The notes under the pieces are model-generated. The model was not told where the DNA came from. It saw only the letters and a program-made list of their open reading frames with translations, and did not search any database. DNA of 38,029 nucleotides, taken from Rhizaria sp. SCN 62-66 (taxonomy: Eukaryota). The position numbers and the translations under genes were made by a program. The stretch spans positions 1-38,029 of the forward strand of contig MEDY01000299.1 of assembly GCA_001724265.1 (NCBI GenBank), given 5' to 3'. The first letter of the stretch is position 1. Every line of letters starts with the position of its first letter. Of the stretch, positions 10,168-20,294 are shown in pieces.

Positions 10168-11015
10168 TGGGCAGTAGATGTGGCAAACTGAGCCAGTAGT
10201 TCGAACTTCTCTGTGTCGCAAGATACGAAGAAGAAGATGGGCGTGGTGAGTTTAAAAGGGTTTTGAAGAGAGTGCGGAAAATAGAATGCACATTTTCGAT
10301 AGAAGATATCACTGTGCACAAAATTTCATCGCGCATTCCGCGTGTCATTGTTGAGATAATCGTATCGGACCGTCGACTGAAGATGCGGGCAACGGCCGCA
10401 GTCACGCAGAAAAAATATCTAGCCCGTCGCGACCTACTGTGGTTTTAGCCCTGTGGTGAACAACCGCACAGTAAGAGTGAAAACCGCGCTATCAATTGCA
10501 AATGATTCAAAAACTGAACATAGTCCTTAACTTATAAGCGAGTATTCTGGAATGCAATATTAATTTGACTTGACATTGTCAAGGCTTGCATCGTGCGTGA
10601 TTTTGTCAGAAAAGATCCCCCTTCAAGTGACAGTCGGAAGTGTACTATTTGCTGTTATGAGGGCCCAACGTTCTCTGGGTTGTAAAATATGTACAGTATG
10701 TATTTTATTTTATTTTTTTCTACTTGAATATCCTTGAAGCTTTTTACCATGTGACACTTTTGCTTTCCTGACACTTAAAAGTTTCTCTTGGGTGATTTAT
10801 TCAGCATCATATCTTAGTGGGATTCGTCGACAAAATGTCAGATGTTTACCCACTCATGACATATCAAAATCATGAGAATTATGCTATTGTTGATTCCAAC
10901 GCAGAAATAATTTCAAAAATAAACTAAATGTTGTTTCATGCAAGTTACAGGCAAAAAGACGCTCTTGTGACATTTCAATGACTAATTCGGTAACTTAGGA
11001 GAGGCGTAACACGAA

Positions 11016-11036
11016 CGTGACGTCACGCTATAAATA
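11016..11036 (+). promoter_or_regulatory. CRE-type palindrome (CGTGACGTCACG) immediately followed by TATAAATA
   Basis: 12-bp perfect palindrome 11016-11027 containing TGACGTCA. TATAAATA at 11029-11036. Lies in the divergent spacer; function is inferred only. Confidence 0.35.
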
Positions 11037-12113
11037 TTGACGTTTTTGGCACTCTACATTTGCTTAGTTTGCTGTGAATTAGACGCAAAGCTCCAAATTA
11101 ACCTTGTACAAAGCTTACCAGCGCCTGTAATGGCTGGTTAGTCACGGGATATAGAAGACACGTGCATTCTAGCGATGAGGTTTACAATGATTATTTTGCA
11201 ATTAATTCTTTTAAAATAAACATATATTTATTGTGAAAAGGTATTAACGCAACAAATGACTGTTCTAATGACAAACGTCGACAGTGTACTGCTGAATTTC
11301 TAGTCACGAAAACCTCTTTGACCGGGAGGATAGCTTTAAGTCGTATAATCAAGATACTATAAGCTGTCCTTAAAGTGCCCATCACAAACCTCTGTGCGCA
11401 ATGTGGATGCACAATTCATGTTTCATCAAACCCTTGATGCTCTACGTTAACTCTGCATTTATACTGCGTAACGCGCCAACTTTTCAAATAGTTCATGACA
11501 GGATATATCTTGACAATGCTAGAGAAGCAGATTAATACAAATAGGATAACATTACACCATGGTAAATGCAGCAGATATCTAAAGGAGTCATTTCCAAGGC
11601 CAATTTTTGAGTCAGTGGAGCGCATTTTCGAGTTACAGTACGACAGCCGGTGCACGTGACCGACATCTCTGTCTGGGAAAGTTAAGCCGCTGGGCCGAGA
11701 AACGGTTCGTTTCCAAAAAGTCTACATTGTGAGACCATACGTCCGTCAAGAGTATTGATGACATTTTTTTCGAATGAATCACTACTGCTTCTCTTTATAT
11801 GCATCATTATTGTTCTTTCACTGTCTATGCTGGCTTTGATTTAGCTTCTTATTCACGACCCCATTGCCCTCCATCTCATGCCCCCAACTTCCTCCACATT
11901 TCGATCTCCAGCACCTGAGACTCGGTTCTAAGAGAGTACTTAGTCTTCTCACACCGAACTTCACACTTTTAGACACATTTCTGCGGTTGTACGCTCCACA
12001 GCACCACCTGCCTCGCCTTTACCTGGGCTCGCAACAGGCGTGAAGCAGCTCACTACCAAGCGGTCAACTTCTTCGCCCACTTCTTAGTGCTCGCACCCCG
12101 CAGTCGACACAGC

Positions 12114-14606
12114 ATGGGCTCTGGCCACTCGCGCGCGCAGCAGACGCTGGCGGCGCTTATTTGCGCCGAGGACGCGCTGATCCAGCGCGTGCGTGCGGAC
12201 AACGACCCAGTGTTCCAGGAGGTGAAGCTCCTGACGCTCGTGCCCGCTATTTATGACGCCTACGACGGCCGCAACGAGGGCTGGCTGCAGCTGGAGCAGC
12301 TCCACGCGCTGCTGTCGGACTACCTCACCGTGCTGGGGACAGAGATCCCGAAGCTGTGGCGCAAGGGCCTGTTTGCCAAGGCCGATATGGTGCTCAAGCG
12401 GCTCGACAAAGAGGCCCCCGCCGACGCGCCCTACGTGCGCCGCCAGTGGGAGACGGACCGCGAGGACATGCTCGAGTCGCTGGCGGCCTTCCTGGCCAGC
12501 AAACGCGCGCTGCTGGACCGCGACCCGCTGTGGGCGCGCACGGTGGGGCCCGACGAGGACGACGTCGAGCGCCTCGTGGCCGCCGAGCACCGCCACCATC
12601 TGCGCAACCCGGAGATGCGGTCCGCGCCCACCTCGCCCTACGGAGGGCTCTCTTCCGCCAGCTCCAGCAACGCGGCGGGCCAGGGTCGCGCCGGACCTCT
12701 GTCGCCGCGCACGCTGGGCACGGCGTCGGTGACCAACAGCAGCGGCGGCGCCGGGCTTTCGTCGTTTGCCTTCGCCACCTCTCCAGCGGGCGCCAGCTTT
12801 CGCTCCAGCGGCGGCCACGGCTCCGCGTTCACGTTTGGCTTGGCGCCCGCGGGCTCCGGCGCCAGCGCGAGCTCGGGCTCGCTCTCCGGCTTCCACGCAG
12901 CGTCTTCTGCGCCGGGCCACAGCGGCGCCGCCTCCGCGCAGCCGCTGCCGCCGCCCGCCGCGCCCCCGCAAGCCGAGTCGGCGTGGGCCGCCGCGCCGGG
13001 TTCGTCCCAGGGCGAGCGCCTGGGCTCCGCGGGCGGCGTCGGCTTGGCGGGCTCCGGCGTGGGCTCCATGCCCATGTACCGCACGGGCTCCGCGGGCGTG
13101 CCGCCCGGGTCCGCGGCCGTCGCGGGCGGCGGCTACGCGCCCCCGCAGCTCGCGCGCCTGCTCAACGCTAACGTCAAAATGTCGCCCGCGATGCGCGCGA
13201 TGATGGAGAAGCAGCAGGCGCAGGCCCAGGCCCAGCGCGAGGCCGCCGCGCGCGTCAACGCCGGCGCCGCGGCGGGCGGAATGCGGCTCGGCGGACGCCT
13301 GTTCCAGGAGGGCGAGCTCTTCACGGCCGAGGCCGTGGACCCGCGCGACGGGCTGCTGCACCGCACGCTGGTGCACTTCAAGTCGTACGAGAAGACGAGC
13401 GGGCTGCCCGCGACGCTGTACTCGCAGCAGGTGGAGCAGTGGCGCTGTGTGCCCAAGGACGTCTTCCTGCACGCCTTCCGCGACGTGCTTGCCAGCAACG
13501 ACCTCAACTACACACGCATCTCGCGCACGCTCTTCGTGCGCACGCAGACGGGCCCCGTGCTGCGCGCCTACGCCACCTCGGTGCTGCGCCGCACCCCGGA
13601 GGCCGCGCGCGAGGAGGAGCGCAAGAAGCTCGCGCTGTCGTTGGGGCTGGCGCCCGAGGACGAGGCCGCCGCTGCCGCCGCGCTGGGCTCGGCGCCGCAC
13701 AGCAGCAACGCCACGGGCTCGGGCAAGGCCCCGCGGCAGCACGCCGGGGCGTCGTTCCACGACGAAGACCTCGCCGTCGTCGTGATTGGCGGTGAGAACG
13801 GCGGCCACAGCGGACATAACAACAGCAGCAACAACAGCGGCGACGTCGGCCATGGCGGCAACAACAACATGCGCAGCGGGATTGACGACGACGAAGAGCT
13901 GGATGGCATCCTCAACAGCGTGCGCATGGGCTCGCCCGACTGGGCCGGCGCCGACGCCAGCGACGCCAGCGGCGACGCCGACAACGCGGATGGGGCGGAA
14001 AATGCGGATGAGGACATTCACCCTCAGACGGCCGCGCGCGGTGCCGCGGACAGCAACGGCGACGACGACGACGACGACGATGACGACGATGATGAGGAGG
14101 AAGAGGAGAAGGCTGTCGCCGTTGCCGCTGCTCCCGTCAGTCGCTCCGACGATGACGACGACGATGACGATGACGACGACGCCAAGCCCGCTGTCAACGC
14201 GGCGAGCGCCGGTGCGGGCGCCGTGCGGACCAAGACGGGCGACTCGCCGTTCCCGGTGCGCTTCCGCAGCGAGAGCGACTCGGACCGTGACGAGGCCAAC
14301 GCCGCCAACAGCAACGATGACGACGATGACGCCGAGGAGGCCGAGGCGGGCAAGGGCGCGGCTGAGCGCGGCGATGACGTAAGCGCGCGCAGCGTGTCCG
14401 AGGCTATCGAGAACGCGGGCGACAGCGACGACGACGACGCACCTGGTGCCGTTGCCGTCACGGGCGTCGATGCAAATGCGAACGATGATGATGACGACGA
14501 TGATGGTGAGGATGAGGACAAGCCGGCCGCTGCCGCGGTTGCGCATCCGGCTGCTGACGCCGACGCTGATGCTGACGCGGATGAAGAGCCGGATGATGAC
14601 GAATGA
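12114..14606 (+). CDS. Hypothetical protein, putative N-myristoylation and EF-hand-like motif, long Asp/Glu-rich tail; 830 aa
   Basis: ATG 12114 gives MGSGHS (MGxxxS). IYDAYDGRNEGWLQLEQLHALLSDYL resembles an EF-hand helix-loop-helix. Strong GC3 bias. Poly-D tracts after ~13880. TGA 14604-14606. Confidence 0.8.
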   Translation: MGSGHSRAQQTLAALICAEDALIQRVRADNDPVFQEVKLLTLVPAIYDAYDGRNEGWLQLEQLHALLSDYLTVLGTEIPKLWRKGLFAKADMVLKRLDKEAPADAPYVRRQWETDREDMLESLAAFLASKRALLDRDPLWARTVGPDEDDVERLVAAEHRHHLRNPEMRSAPTSPYGGLSSASSSNAAGQGRAGPLSPRTLGTASVTNSSGGAGLSSFAFATSPAGASFRSSGGHGSAFTFGLAPAGSGASASSGSLSGFHAASSAPGHSGAASAQPLPPPAAPPQAESAWAAAPGSSQGERLGSAGGVGLAGSGVGSMPMYRTGSAGVPPGSAAVAGGGYAPPQLARLLNANVKMSPAMRAMMEKQQAQAQAQREAAARVNAGAAAGGMRLGGRLFQEGELFTAEAVDPRDGLLHRTLVHFKSYEKTSGLPATLYSQQVEQWRCVPKDVFLHAFRDVLASNDLNYTRISRTLFVRTQTGPVLRAYATSVLRRTPEAAREEERKKLALSLGLAPEDEAAAAAALGSAPHSSNATGSGKAPRQHAGASFHDEDLAVVVIGGENGGHSGHNNSSNNSGDVGHGGNNNMRSGIDDDEELDGILNSVRMGSPDWAGADASDASGDADNADGAENADEDIHPQTAARGAADSNGDDDDDDDDDDDEEEEEKAVAVAAAPVSRSDDDDDDDDDDDAKPAVNAASAGAGAVRTKTGDSPFPVRFRSESDSDRDEANAANSNDDDDDAEEAEAGKGAAERGDDVSARSVSEAIENAGDSDDDDAPGAVAVTGVDANANDDDDDDDGEDEDKPAAAAVAHPAADADADADADEEPDDDE

Positions 14607-15170
14607 GCACGTCTGCCGTCATTAAACGATCTGATGCACACTCTCCAGTGCGTCAAATGTGAGGCTTGACGGGCACTTTGGTCGTTCGCATCAAGACTGA
14701 TTGTGGCCAATTAAGACATCTCGTGTTACAGAACGCACTAACCAATACAAAATGATTAGATAGTTGTCATACTCACAATACATTTGTACATGTACATTTT
14801 CATCAACCGTGCGGCAACGGTTCAGAAGACTAAAAATTGGCGACAACGCGATGATACGTATGTTGTGTGACTTTAATGTAAGATCGAAAACCGACTGTTA
14901 AATGCGTTTGCTGTATTGAATGCGTACGTACACGTCTCGAACTAAATTGAACTAAATAAAGGTGACACCTTCTGCAGAGCGCACTTAAAACTTGCACTAA
15001 GGGGGCGTTCACCTGCGAGACACACACATCTCCTTGAAGCAATGCCAATTTCAAATATACATGGCAAACTATATAAATTAAAACAAATGTAGCTTTCTCT
15101 CGTGGATAAAATAGTGAATTTCAAGGTATATGCGCGGTGACGGTCAAGACCGAAGCATGATGTTTAGCGA

Positions 15171-18100
15171 TTAGAATACAAACATGTCCCTGCCGCGGCT
15201 GCGCGCCGATGCGTCGATGCGGCGGTACCACCCCATGAGCGCCATGAGCGGTGAGCGCCAGGTCTTCATGCCGACGAGCAGCAGCGGCAACTCAAAGAAA
15301 GACAGGAATAGCAGCGTGCCCACGACAGCGGGGGCGACGCCCGAGCCCAGCGCGGGGTCGCTCGCCTGCCACAGCGCCACGACGACCAGCGCGGAGAAGC
15401 CCTGCAGCACGGCGACCTGCGAAAGCTGGAGGATGTACGTCAGCACCGAGTGCGCGCGCAGGAAGAACGATCCCATGAGCAGCGTCAGGTACAGCGCGAG
15501 CACGATCTGCGTCGCCAGGAACAGCACGGGCGACAGCGACGCCGCCGGGCACGCCACGGTCAGCAGTGGCGGCACCGCGGCGCCGCGCGCGGGCTGCGTC
15601 GTGGACTGGGTGGGGGACGTGTGCGCGGCGTAGGGCGCAAGCAGTGACGGCTCTGAGATGATAGTCTCAGCGTCGCTGACACTGTCATAGGCACTGTCAA
15701 CGGCTGCGGAGGCGGCGCCGTAAGCGATGAAAGCCTCGGCCGCCGGCGACAGTGCACCGAACACAACACTCGTGCGCTTGCCAGTTGCCATCGTCTCCGT
15801 ATCTGTCGCTGCGACAACCGCAGCTGCCGAGCTCGCGGCCGAGTCCACAGTGGACTCGGACTCGGCGTAGCCCATGGGGAAGTACGGGTGCGCCATGGCG
15901 TACTGCGCGGCCGCGCTCATGTCTTCTACCGTCCCGTCGCTGTCACTGACCCCGTCGACGACGCTTGCTGCATCAGTGCGAGCGCCAGCGGCATCGTCGT
16001 CGGCAGTCGCGCTGCTGCGAACACCCTTGTCGCGATTCTTAAGGACAACGTAGCCGTTCTCGTCGACACCCGCGCCGCGCGCAAGCACGCGTGCCTCGGC
16101 GGGCCACTCGCGCAGCATCACATCGCCCGCAGCCGCGGCCGCCGCAGTGCCCGCGGGGCCCACCAGCGCCCGCAGCTGCGCGCCCTTGCTCCCCACCGCC
16201 GCTGCCGACGACGGCGCCGCAGCATGGCCTGCGGCCGCGGCCGCGGACGCGGTGGAGAGCGCGGCCGCGGCCGCCGCGACGACGGGCGCGCGCGGCGGTC
16301 CGTAGCGGGCAACGTCTGCGACGGTGAGCGAGACTTCGACGCCGGGCGACAGCGTGAGCACGTTGAGCGCCGTGATGAGCAGCACGACCGTGAGCGCCGA
16401 TGTTACCGAGTGCAGCAACGACAGAGCGAAGGAGCGCGTCGGCGTCGCCGTCCAGCACTGCAGCGTCGATGGCGCGAACCGCGCGTACGCCGCAGACTCG
16501 GCCGCCTCCACTGCCGCCGCCGCTGCCGCCGCTGCTGCTGCGGCCGCAGAGGGTGCACTGGCTGACGGAGGCGGGGACTGCGCGTACGATCGGCCACGCA
16601 CGCGCCGCGCGCCTGCCCGCGGCCTGCCGGCGACGGCGACGGGCTCGCGCGGGGGCCGCGACATGCGCATAGACTCTGGCGTCGGCGCCGGGTTTGCGAG
16701 GTGACGAGTCAGGTTCTCGCTGTCGGCGAAGGAGCTACGGCTGAAGCCCGCGGCAGAGACAGCGCTGTTGCCGTTGCCGAGGCTGCCAGCGCGACGGGGG
16801 CGTCCGCCCCGAGTGACGACGCCTGCGTCATACGCAGTCGCGTCGCCGTTGTAGTTATTGTTGCGGTGCATGAGCGGCGAGGTCGGGCGCGTCGATGGGC
16901 TGGCCGAGGCAGCGGGCTCCGCGTCCGCGTTCACACCGGGCCGGTCGCCAGCCGCACCAGCGGTGAGGTTGTTACCGCGCCCGCTCGCGAGGAGCAACGC
17001 GCGCGCGCGGGCGTGTGCTCGGCTCTGCCTGCGCGCCTCGGCCGCGGCCGCAGTGCGGTCCGCCGCGCCCGCGCCAGCGCCTGCAGCGGCGGCGGCGGCG
17101 GCGAGCAGCGGGCTCGTGGCACGGCTGCCGTGCGCGCCGTCGGCGCCGAGCGCGCCGGGCACCGGCACCGGCGCAGCCGCGGCGGCGTAGCTCGGCGGGA
17201 GCAGCACGACGCGGCCATTGTTGTTGTGAGCGCCACTGGCACTGCTGCCAGCGGCGTTGGTGCCGGTGACGGCGCTGAGGCCCGCGGCAGCGGCGGACGC
17301 GGCGGCTGCGGCAGCAGCGGAGGCCGCCGCGGAGGCCGTCGAGAGCAGCGACGCGGCCAGCGCCATGGGGCCGCCGGGCTGCGCGCCGTCGTCTAAGTAC
17401 CTCGAATCGAAGTGCCCGTCGTCGCCGTCCTCGGCATCCTGCGAGTAGCCGCGCGAGCGCGCGTGATACTGCGACAGCACCTGCGTCTGTGACTGGGACT
17501 GGGACTGCGAGCGCCGCAACAAGGCAGCGCGTTCGCCGCCGTCTCCAGTAGCGGACATCACGGTCGCCGCGGGCACCGCGCTGTTGAGCCCGGCGCTGGC
17601 CGCGGCGTCGGCGCCGTCGGCGGGCGCGTGGCGCAGGCTGGCGGTGTACCACAGCCCGGCCGTGAGCACCGACGCAGGCACCGACGCGGGGTCCACACGC
17701 AGACGCGCCGCGGCCGCCGCAGCCTCGGCCGCCGCCGTCGCGGCCGCAGCCTCGGCCGCGGAGGGCGCGAACGTCGCGTAGCCGCCCGTCATGCACGACT
17801 CGAGGGTACTCGCACTCGTAGTCGTAGCCGCAGTCGCCGTGTTGGCGCCGGTGGCGTCGCTGGTCTGCGTGCGGCGCAGCGGGGCGCGGGCGGAGACCGA
17901 GGGCATCGCCAGCAGCGGGGCGCCCTCGCTGCCGAGGCCGAGGCCGAGGCCGAGGCCGGCGACGGGGGAGTTCGAGCCCGCGTTCACGCTCACGTTCTGG
18001 CCGTGGCCGAGCTCAACATCAGCCTCTGCGTCCGGTGCCGCACCCCCGGCGCTGCCGTTGCCGCTGGCGTTGCCGTGGGCGCCCGGGGCAGCGAGCGCAG

Positions 18101-20294
18101 TGCGACGGCGGCCCGTGAGCCCCGCACAGACGTCGTCCTCCGCGCCCGCGGCCGCAGCGGCAGCGAGCGCCGCCGCGGCGACCGAGTGGCCCGCGCCGGC
18201 ACTGGCGCCCCAGGCGCGGTCGTAGGCCTCGCGCAACGTCTGCGGGCCCTCATCGTCCTCGTCCTCGGCCGCCGCCAGCGCCAGCAGCGCCAGCGCGCTC
18301 TCCGTGTGGCTGTGGCGCGCCCCGCTGGCGCTGTCGGCGGTCGCGGTGGGGCTGCTGCGGCCGCGGCCGCCGTCGCTGCTGTGCGCGCTGGAGTAGCGCG
18401 CTGAGGCGCCGACGGCCGTGGCAGCAGCGACGGGGGAGCGCGCGCGCTGGGCGGAGGCGCGGCCGCTGGTGGCAGCCGCAGAGCCCGTGCTAGAGCTCAG
18501 GCTAGCGCTCGAGCTCGAGCTTGTTAATGCAGCGCTGTTATTGTTGTTGTTTGCGGTGACGGGCGCGAGCAGGACGAGCGGCAGCATGGACACGACTTCG
18601 CCCGCAGCCGCCAGAGTGCTGCCGGCCGCGGCGAGCGTGCTACCCCACGTGGCGGCGCCGGCCACTGCTGGCCGGGAAGGCGCGGGCGACGACGAGTCGA
18701 CCGCGGGGGCGTCCGTGGCAGCAGCGGCCGCAGTGGCGGCGCCGGGGACTGTGACGATCGTCACGTCGCTACCGCCGTCGCTGTCGCCGTCCCAGTCCCT
18801 GTCGACTTGGCTGATATTCCCGGAGCTCTCCGCCTCGAAGGCGAGGTATCCGTTTTCATTACGATCATCGTCGTTGTGATCATCCTCGTCGACGTCGTAG
18901 TAGAGCTCGCCGTCACCGTCGTCGCTGCTGCTAATGCCGGCGCCCGCCCCCACCCCCGCGCCTGCGGAGGCCGATGCTGCAGCGGCGGCGGCCGCGGTGC
19001 TGGCGCGGAACGTGGCGAGAAACAGCGCGCCCTGCTCTTCCTCCGGGGAGCCGATCTTGAGCCCCGAGAGCAGCAGCGCCGCCAGCGTCGTCCCGGCGGC
19101 GGCAACGATGGCGACGGTGAGCAACGCCGAGATAAATACGCCGTCGAGCGTCGAGGTCAGCGTCAGCACGTGCGCCCAGCTGAAGAGCGAGTGCTCGTAT
19201 GGGCTGCCGACGCCTTCATTAGTGCTGCTGCTGCTGCTGCCGGGGCCGGCGCCGGCGTCGCCGTTGTCGTAGGCGTAGCTGAAGACGGTGGCAGGCTTGG
19301 CAATGTCGCTGCTCTGCTGCGCTTTGTTCTTATCAGACACCGCTGCTGCGCCCGCACCGGCACCGACACTGGACTTGCTCTGGCTCTTGCTCTTGCTGCC
19401 AGTCTTGGCACGGCGGTGCGTGACGCTCGCGAGCGCGCGGGCAGGCGTGCGCTCGTCCAGAGGCGTGATTTTGTCGTAAAAGTCCGCCATCTCATGCTCG
19501 CCGCGAAGGTCATCAGTGTCAGCACTCTTCAGTGCATCAAATGACGCACCGCCCGCACTCGCACTCGTCGCACTCGTGCTTCCGTTGGAGCTGGCGCTGG
19601 CACTGGCACTTGCGCTCGCCTCGAGCTCAACGCCGTACATGTATGCAAGCGGCGCGGCGGGGCGCAGCCGGCCCTTGCCGCGCGGCGGGCCGCGGCCGCG
19701 GCGGCTGGCGGGCGCGTCTGCGGGCGGCAGCAGGAGGTTGTTGCCGCCGCGGCGCGCGCGCGCCAGGTCCGCGTTGTCTTCGACGCGCGCACAGTCGGAG
19801 AACTCGAAGAACAGCAGCGGATCCGCTGACCGTGGCGCGGGGGTGCCCCAGGGCGACAGCGCGCGCGGCGCCTGCGCTGCGGCGTTAGCCGCGGCGGCCG
19901 CGTAGCAGACGTCGCAGCGCTCCTTGGGCGACAGCACCGGCGCCGAGAGCAGCGGGGACAGCTGGAACGGAGACAGAAAGGAGAGAAAGCTGTAAGTGGA
20001 CAACCCGCGCGCGCCAGCGCCGGTGCCTGCGACAGTCAGGTCACCGTCGTCGTTACGGGCGTTGGCGTTGGCGTTTGAGGCGTATGCTGCGGTTGAGCCA
20101 TGCCTGAGGTTGCTGCCCCTGCCGGTGCTGGCCAGAGCGTCGGGGGGCAGAAAGAGCGCGGGCAGCGAGTCGTCGTGGGCAAAGTAGCGCTGCACGGCCG
20201 TTTGGCGGTGGATGGCGACGGCGAGCAGCAACAGCGCGATGAGCAGCAGCTTGGCCACCACGTAGATGACGTAGCTGCGGAACTTGAGCGCCAT
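15171..20294 (-). CDS. Hypothetical multi-pass membrane protein (about 6 TM helices separated by long Ala/Ser/Gly-rich inserts); 1707 aa
   Basis: Uninterrupted 5.1-kb ORF with coding bias. Hydrophobic segments: YVIYVVAKLLLIALLLLAVAI; VFISALLTVAIVAAAGTTLAALLLSGL; FALSLLHSVTSALTVVLLITALNVLTL; PVLFLATQIVLALYLTLLMGSFFL; VLTYILQLSQVAVLQGFSALVVVALW; VAPAVVGTLLFLSFFELPLLLVGM. Confidence 0.85.
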   Translation of the reverse strand: MALKFRSYVIYVVAKLLLIALLLLAVAIHRQTAVQRYFAHDDSLPALFLPPDALASTGRGSNLRHGSTAAYASNANANARNDDGDLTVAGTGAGARGLSTYSFLSFLSPFQLSPLLSAPVLSPKERCDVCYAAAAANAAAQAPRALSPWGTPAPRSADPLLFFEFSDCARVEDNADLARARRGGNNLLLPPADAPASRRGRGPPRGKGRLRPAAPLAYMYGVELEASASASASASSNGSTSATSASAGGASFDALKSADTDDLRGEHEMADFYDKITPLDERTPARALASVTHRRAKTGSKSKSQSKSSVGAGAGAAAVSDKNKAQQSSDIAKPATVFSYAYDNGDAGAGPGSSSSSTNEGVGSPYEHSLFSWAHVLTLTSTLDGVFISALLTVAIVAAAGTTLAALLLSGLKIGSPEEEQGALFLATFRASTAAAAAAASASAGAGVGAGAGISSSDDGDGELYYDVDEDDHNDDDRNENGYLAFEAESSGNISQVDRDWDGDSDGGSDVTIVTVPGAATAAAAATDAPAVDSSSPAPSRPAVAGAATWGSTLAAAGSTLAAAGEVVSMLPLVLLAPVTANNNNNSAALTSSSSSASLSSSTGSAAATSGRASAQRARSPVAAATAVGASARYSSAHSSDGGRGRSSPTATADSASGARHSHTESALALLALAAAEDEDDEGPQTLREAYDRAWGASAGAGHSVAAAALAAAAAAGAEDDVCAGLTGRRRTALAAPGAHGNASGNGSAGGAAPDAEADVELGHGQNVSVNAGSNSPVAGLGLGLGLGSEGAPLLAMPSVSARAPLRRTQTSDATGANTATAATTTSASTLESCMTGGYATFAPSAAEAAAATAAAEAAAAAARLRVDPASVPASVLTAGLWYTASLRHAPADGADAAASAGLNSAVPAATVMSATGDGGERAALLRRSQSQSQSQTQVLSQYHARSRGYSQDAEDGDDGHFDSRYLDDGAQPGGPMALAASLLSTASAAASAAAAAAASAAAAGLSAVTGTNAAGSSASGAHNNNGRVVLLPPSYAAAAAPVPVPGALGADGAHGSRATSPLLAAAAAAAGAGAGAADRTAAAAEARRQSRAHARARALLLASGRGNNLTAGAAGDRPGVNADAEPAASASPSTRPTSPLMHRNNNYNGDATAYDAGVVTRGGRPRRAGSLGNGNSAVSAAGFSRSSFADSENLTRHLANPAPTPESMRMSRPPREPVAVAGRPRAGARRVRGRSYAQSPPPSASAPSAAAAAAAAAAAAVEAAESAAYARFAPSTLQCWTATPTRSFALSLLHSVTSALTVVLLITALNVLTLSPGVEVSLTVADVARYGPPRAPVVAAAAAALSTASAAAAAGHAAAPSSAAAVGSKGAQLRALVGPAGTAAAAAAGDVMLREWPAEARVLARGAGVDENGYVVLKNRDKGVRSSATADDDAAGARTDAASVVDGVSDSDGTVEDMSAAAQYAMAHPYFPMGYAESESTVDSAASSAAAVVAATDTETMATGKRTSVVFGALSPAAEAFIAYGAASAAVDSAYDSVSDAETIISEPSLLAPYAAHTSPTQSTTQPARGAAVPPLLTVACPAASLSPVLFLATQIVLALYLTLLMGSFFLRAHSVLTYILQLSQVAVLQGFSALVVVALWQASDPALGSGVAPAVVGTLLFLSFFELPLLLVGMKTWRSPLMALMGWYRRIDASARSRGRDMFVF

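Noticed and set aside
11191-11655. Short AT-rich ORFs in spacers (also 7544-8251, 14830-15124, 20630-21046)
   Set aside because: They lack the GC3 bias of real genes here, mostly use non-ATG starts and show no motifs.
4166-11690. Shared 10-mers between spacers (GTTAAGCCGC at 4166 and 11681; ATTGTCCACG at 7351 and 34885)
   Set aside because: 10-mer matches are expected by chance among several kb of spacer.
12084-14546. 820-aa antisense ORF; likewise 21915-24779, 28503-30575, 2592-3800 and many shorter overlapping ORFs
   Set aside because: Shadow frames of GC-rich genes with strong codon bias. Translations mirror the sense repeats (poly-V, poly-S) and carry no motifs.
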